Below are positions 59,678 to 64,000 of a stretch of DNA of 64,000 nucleotides, in pieces. The DNA is from a bacterium (GTDB lineage: Bacteria; Zhuqueibacterota; Zhuqueibacteria; Oceanimicrobiales; Oceanimicrobiaceae): assembly GCA_046757025.1 (NCBI GenBank), contig JBHHXN010000007.1, positions 1-64,000 on the forward strand, in the 5' to 3' direction. Made by a program: the position numbers and the translations under genes. Under the pieces are notes generated by a model that was given only the letters and a program-made list of their open reading frames with translations, was not told where the DNA came from and made no database searches. Within the stretch, counting starts at the first letter, position 1. Every line of letters begins with the position of its first letter.

Positions 59678-61381
59678 CTATCTGACAATTTCGCCGTCGA
59701 ATAATTCGATTACTTTTTTTATGATGGGAATTTGTAATGAGCTTTCATCTTCAACCGGCCTTTCCGCCACCGAATCGGGTTTGTGCTTCGACAAAATTTC
59801 TTTGAATTCTTCGCTGTCATTTTTTTTGCAGTGGATCTGCAGCTTTATGCCGGTTAATTTGAGAATGACCTCCTGAATAAGCAGCTTATTTTGATTGATG
59901 GCATTGATATGAAAGCCATTTTCTTTGCCGAATGAAATCTCTAAAATCCCGTCATGAAAATGCGTAGGATACCCCTCGTTCAAAAAAGATCCCAGATGAA
60001 TTTTTTTGCTGCGCACTTCTTCAACGATTTCGCTCCACTTTTCCTTAATCTTGCCCAGTGAGGCGGCAGCAGCTTCATCGGTTTGACCTGCGGACACGGA
60101 GGCGTGTGAAGCATCGTTGCCATTTTCTTTTTTGCGCTCACTTGAAGCTGAAGTGGTCACATTTTTTATCACCGGCACACCGGCCGGGTGGTCATGAACA
60201 ACACCGTACGGCATCGCGCTCTTTTCCAGCGGTTTCGAAACCGACGAAGATTTGAAATCGGAAATCTCTGTTAACAACCGCTCCAAATCAACACTCTTTT
60301 CCAGGTTGATCATTTTGATCAGCAGCATTTCCAACACAATCTTTGGGTTAGAACTACGTTTAATTTGATAACTAGTTTCCGAAGACATTTTAATTAAACG
60401 CAGTAAATCCGTATCTGAGAAAGCCTGGGCGGTTTCGGTGTAACGTTTTTCAAACGCTTCCAGTCCTTCTAAAAAGGCAGTTTGTTGAGTGTTTTTTAGA
60501 ACCAGGACATTTCTAAAATGTTCGGTCAATCCGTTCAAAAATTCACTCAAGTCGAAACCCTGAGCAAAAACAGAATTCACCAAATTTAAAACAGCCGTCA
60601 CTTTTTTGTTGACAATACAATCGCTGCATTCAAAATAGAGCTCCTGATCGATAATGCCGAGCAGCTCGGAAAGCTCTTTTAACTTGACTTTTTGTCCACA
60701 GAAGGAGACCACCTGATCCAGCAGGCTCTGGCTGTCGCGCATGCTGCCTTCCGATTTTTTGGCGATCAAAAATAAGGATTCATCGTCAATTTCGATCTGT
60801 TCCTCGGAGCCTATCTTGCGCAATTGTTCAACAATTTCGTTCAAAGGGATTCGTCGGAAATCGTAGCGCTGGCAGCGAGAAAGAATGGTAGCTGGAACTT
60901 TATGCGGTTCGGTGGTGGCAAAAATGAAAAGGACTCGGGGCGGTGGTTCTTCCAGGGTTTTTAACAGGGCATTAAACGCCTCGGTGGTAAGCATGTGCAC
61001 TTCGTCAATGATATAAATTTTGTGCTTACCCTTAGCGGCGGCATACTTCAGATTTTCGCGCAAATTGCGAACTTCATCGATGCCGCGATTGGAGGCGCCG
61101 TCAATTTCAAATACTTCCAGACTGCGGCTATCGGTAATTTCCTGGCAGCTTGAACACGTGTTGCAAGGGTCGGGAGTTGGCCCGGTGTCGCAATTGATAG
61201 CTTTGGAAAAAATACGTGCGGTGGTGGTTTTACCCACACCCCGAGGCCCGGAAAAAAGATAGGCGGAAGCCAGCCGATTATTTTTAATCGCATTGCTCAA
61301 AGTGGTGGTGACATGTGATTGCGCCACGACATCTTTAAATTGCAACGGTCGCCATTTTCTGGCTATTACCACATAAGACAT
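59678..61381 (-). CDS. dnaX: DNA polymerase III subunit gamma/tau
   Basis: MSYVVIARKWRP start with GGAGG RBS, GPRGVGKTT, DEVHML, SRCQ; the longer ORF start overlaps the SRP RNA. Confidence 0.96.
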   Translation of the reverse strand: MSYVVIARKWRPLQFKDVVAQSHVTTTLSNAIKNNRLASAYLFSGPRGVGKTTTARIFSKAINCDTGPTPDPCNTCSSCQEITDSRSLEVFEIDGASNRGIDEVRNLRENLKYAAAKGKHKIYIIDEVHMLTTEAFNALLKTLEEPPPRVLFIFATTEPHKVPATILSRCQRYDFRRIPLNEIVEQLRKIGSEEQIEIDDESLFLIAKKSEGSMRDSQSLLDQVVSFCGQKVKLKELSELLGIIDQELYFECSDCIVNKKVTAVLNLVNSVFAQGFDLSEFLNGLTEHFRNVLVLKNTQQTAFLEGLEAFEKRYTETAQAFSDTDLLRLIKMSSETSYQIKRSSNPKIVLEMLLIKMINLEKSVDLERLLTEISDFKSSSVSKPLEKSAMPYGVVHDHPAGVPVIKNVTTSASSERKKENGNDASHASVSAGQTDEAAAASLGKIKEKWSEIVEEVRSKKIHLGSFLNEGYPTHFHDGILEISFGKENGFHINAINQNKLLIQEVILKLTGIKLQIHCKKNDSEEFKEILSKHKPDSVAERPVEDESSLQIPIIKKVIELFDGEIVR

Positions 61382-61446
61382 CCGAACTACCCTCCCGAGT
61401 TCATGACAAAATTGCTGCTTCAAACCTTTCAAAATTTCTTTTGATG

Positions 61447-61719
61447 GGCTGTGCACCCACCCTCGACCTTTCCTTCCCGCGTGCGAATTTTCGCAAGCGA
61501 CTCCGTTCAAGTATTCCCCCGGCACATAAAATAAATACTTACCGCTGCTACCTTCCGGTCCTGACGGGGTTGGGTACCATTTCATTGCGGAGGACTTGAG
61601 CTATCAACATCGATTGCGAAAACCGCCATCGTGGGGGAGCAAGCCTCAAGTGGGAATTCGACCCTGCTATAGCGGATTGCAGGCAACAGGGCACCGCTGA
61701 CTCCCCGTCTAGCACAGCC
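61447..61719 (-). ncRNA. ffs: Signal recognition particle RNA, large (Alu-domain) type, about 273 nt
   Basis: 5' GGCTGTGCTAGACGGGGAG..GCGGTGCCCTG, helix 8 GTCAGGACCGGAAGGTAGCAGC, terminal helix GGCTGTGC/GCACAGCC. Confidence 0.92.
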
Positions 61720-61722
61720 TTG

Positions 61723-61795
<73 letters not shown>

Positions 61796-61871
61796 ATTTT
61801 CCGTGAACGATCGAACACAAATCCAATCACCCATTTTCAACGATTTGCCGATTTGTTCGATCTTCCATCAG

Positions 61872-61959
61872 CGGAGAGGGAGGGATTCGAACCCCCGGTG
61901 ACGAAACGCCACAACGGTTTTCGAGACCGCCCCGATAAGCCAGACTCCGGCACCTCTCC
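61872..61959 (-). tRNA. tRNA-Ser(CGA)
   Basis: GGAGAGG acceptor, loop CTCGAAA, long variable arm. Confidence 0.95.
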
Positions 61960-62071
61960 GGTCAACTTCTTCTTCAAAGTCATATCCCCCTTCAAAACAC
62001 CACCCACATCCTGCGCTCAGTAAACGTTTTCACACAATTGACGGATTAACAATTTTAAACCCGACTTTCAG

Positions 62072-62152
<81 letters not shown>

Positions 62153-62162
<10 letters not shown>

Positions 62163-62620
62163 TGATTTTTTTTCCTGATATTCTTAAAAAATGTCTGCAA
62201 AATCCCTAAACATTTATCCTGCAGAATGCCCATGTTTACGTCAACCCTGGCATGAATCGCCGAATTTTGCAGTATGTTTATTGCGGTACCACAAGCTCCC
62301 ATTCGAGCATCGCTTACGGCATACACCACATGATTTATTCGAGATAAAAAAATTGCCCCGGCACACATGGGGCAAGGCTCCTTGGTTACATACAAAATCG
62401 CATCTTCCAGACGCCAGGATTTCTTTGTATTGGCGGCAGCGGTAATGGCAATCATTTCTGCGTGTGCCGTAGGGTCCTGCAAACTTTCAACCCGATTGTG
62501 TCCACGGCCGATTATGCGATCTTGCTCGACAATAACAGCACCAATTGGAACTTCTTCATTTTCAAACGCTTTTTCAGCCTCACGAAATGCCTGCTCCATC
62601 CAAATTTCGTGAGTTGTCAT
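62153..62620 (-). CDS. tadA: tRNA adenosine(34) deaminase TadA
   Basis: EVPIGAV, DPTAHAE, EPCPMCAGA; stop codon lies inside tRNA-Ser(GGA). Confidence 0.93.
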
Positions 62621-62719
62621 ATTCCATCATTTATTATATTGAATGGTATTTAAAAAAGCCCATACTCGCCGCGTTCATTCAGCACGGGTGCAAACAATTG
62701 ATGATTACAGTCAAATTTG

Positions 62720-62793
62720 TACGCCCGGGAGGACTCGAACCCCCAACCTCTTGGTCCGTAGCCAAGCGTTCTATCCAATTGAACTACGGGCGC
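62720..62793 (-). tRNA. tRNA-Arg(ACG)
   Basis: GCGCCCG acceptor, loop CTACGGA, GTTCGA. Confidence 0.95.
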
Positions 62794-62856
62794 AGTTAGA
62801 TGAATCAGTCGTTGATGAAGTGATTTTTTGAATTCACCAGAAAACTTCCCAACCAA

Positions 62857-62906
62857 GTAGCGTATATGCCAGTCGAACCCGGGTTGTCCCGACAGAAAGT
62901 CGGGAC
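62857..62906 (-). repeat. Degenerate copy of the tRNA-Glu 3' end plus hairpin (possible att scar)
   Basis: 62857-62885 matches 62942-62970 at 23/29; perfect hairpin GTCCCGAC/GTCGGGAC at 62886-62906. Confidence 0.55.
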
Positions 62907-62942
62907 GGGCTTATTCCGCAATTTTTATTAAAGCTTTTCCTG

Positions 62943-63015
62943 TAGCGCATACGGGACTCGAACCCGTGTTACCGGCGTGAGAGGCCGGCGTCCTAGGCCA
63001 CTAGACGAATGCGCC
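62943..63015 (-). tRNA. tRNA-Glu(CTC)
   Basis: GGCGCAT acceptor, loop CTCTCAC, GTTCGA. Confidence 0.95.
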
Positions 63016-63037
63016 AAGTATTTAAAAAACGAAAATA

Positions 63038-63066
63038 AATATATCCAATTCTGCAGTTAAAATCAA
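63038..63066 (-). promoter_or_regulatory. Putative sigma70 promoter for the tRNA cluster
   Basis: TTGATT-17 bp-TATATT just upstream of tRNA-Glu. Confidence 0.55.
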
Positions 63067-63151
63067 GCCTTATTTTGCGCCATTTTGAAAATTCAAAATG
63101 GCGAACGGAAATGAAATACTTGATTCAATTCAAATGAGCACCATTTTCAAT

Positions 63152-63826
63152 TCAAGGTACCGGTGCAGGCCAACATTCCTGCAGCCAACCCATCTCGAAA
63201 AACATGAGCTCAAACCGACTGCTTTGCAAATACAGTTTGTACCAATGTTCTTTGTCCGAGCTTGAGGCAATTTGCGCAAAACCATCCATTTTTTCCTTCA
63301 GCCAGTCAGCCCAGCCAACAAACTCATCCGAAGCGTAGGTTTCGATCCAGTCGCGATAGTGGGGGGCTTCGGGCAGGCCTTTGTCTTTGAGAGTTATCGC
63401 GATATGCGCATAGCCCCAGGCGCAGGGCAGGAGCACGGCCAGGATACCGGGCAAAGGCTCTTCATAACAGGATTTGACCAAAAAACTGGTGTAGGCCAGA
63501 GTGACGAACGCCGGCTCGGTGTTTTCAAGCTCCGATTTGCTTATGTCAAATTCAGCACAAATACGGCGGTGCAAATCCATCTCGGTGTTCAAAGTCAAAT
63601 CCAACAATTTCGCAAAATAGCTCATGTCCTCCAGATTACGTGCTTTGGCCGACGCCAGCGCAAACACTCGACTGAATTCGATCAAATAAACGTAATCTTG
63701 TGTAAGATAGAATTGATATTTTTCTTTATCGAGCGTACCCTCGCCGATTCCGCAAACGAAGGGATGGTGTAAGATAGCTGCCCAGATGGCGTGTGATCTT
63801 TCCTGCATTTGCTCTGAAAATGACAT
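63152..63826 (-). CDS. tenA: Thiaminase II / TenA-family protein
   Basis: HPFV..G.L, YLTQDYVYL, LLPCAWGY (catalytic Cys), WIETY, FE.MFF; ATG at 63826 has an AGGAG RBS. Confidence 0.9.
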   Translation of the reverse strand: MSFSEQMQERSHAIWAAILHHPFVCGIGEGTLDKEKYQFYLTQDYVYLIEFSRVFALASAKARNLEDMSYFAKLLDLTLNTEMDLHRRICAEFDISKSELENTEPAFVTLAYTSFLVKSCYEEPLPGILAVLLPCAWGYAHIAITLKDKGLPEAPHYRDWIETYASDEFVGWADWLKEKMDGFAQIASSSDKEHWYKLYLQSSRFELMFFEMGWLQECWPAPVP

Positions 63827-63926
63827 CTTCGTCACTCCTGTGATTTGATCGAACAATTAATAAACCTTCATCAATTCGTGCCGATGATAAATGAAATTAA
63901 GTGAATACAGACTTACACGATTGATT

Positions 63927-64000
63927 ATGAATACCAAAAAGATTTTGCTTGTTGAAGATGATCAGGCGTTTGTGGATCTGATCAAATTAGCACTGCGTGA
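63927..64000 (+). CDS. Response-regulator receiver domain protein (5' fragment)
   Basis: MNTKKILLVEDD..., runs off the window end. Confidence 0.6.
   Translation, partial: MNTKKILLVEDDQAFVDLIKLALR

Noticed and set aside
60127..60133. AAAAAAG heptamer in dnaX near the position of the E. coli gamma/tau frameshift
   Set aside because: Phase is CGC AAA AAA GAA, not A AAA AAG, so it is not a canonical -1 slippery site
61382..61585. 68-codon N-terminal extension of dnaX in the ORF track
   Set aside because: Overlaps the SRP RNA gene; the conserved start MSYVVIARKWRP at 61381 has its own GGAGG RBS

Overview
Bacterial chromosomal window, mostly minus-strand housekeeping genes. The lineage is probably a diderm of the FCB group (KSB1/Calditrichota-like); this is inferred from gene content only. 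Core content: glyS, phoH-HD-ybeY-CNNM, aspS, a complete atp operon, parAB, lptD, rarA, hflX, alaS, pgsA-pgpA-cinA-thpR-recA-recX, dnaX-ybaB-recR, tadA, tenA, five tRNAs, a long Alu-type SRP RNA and a probable 6S RNA. Two loci stand out. (1) A plus-strand four-gene operon at 255-4552 (flavoprotein, ArsS-like radical SAM, ArsM-like methyltransferase, phosphoesterase-fold protein lacking metal-1 ligands) lies behind an ArsR/SmtB-type operator and is a candidate organoarsenical pathway. (2) A terminator-bounded seven-gene operon at 17593-28230 resembles the myxobacterial Agl-Glt envelope motor core (two large TPR proteins, GltF/CglF-like, AglRQS-like, GltG-like). Smaller items: several MITEs (one nested pair inside the atp operon), an internally deleted vapC pseudogene, tadA with its stop codon inside a tRNA-Ser gene, a GalT-fold protein with a HIT-type HxHxH triad, a group II GGGP synthase, and a degenerate duplicate of the tRNA-Glu 3' end. 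All family assignments are by motif recognition; no searches were run.
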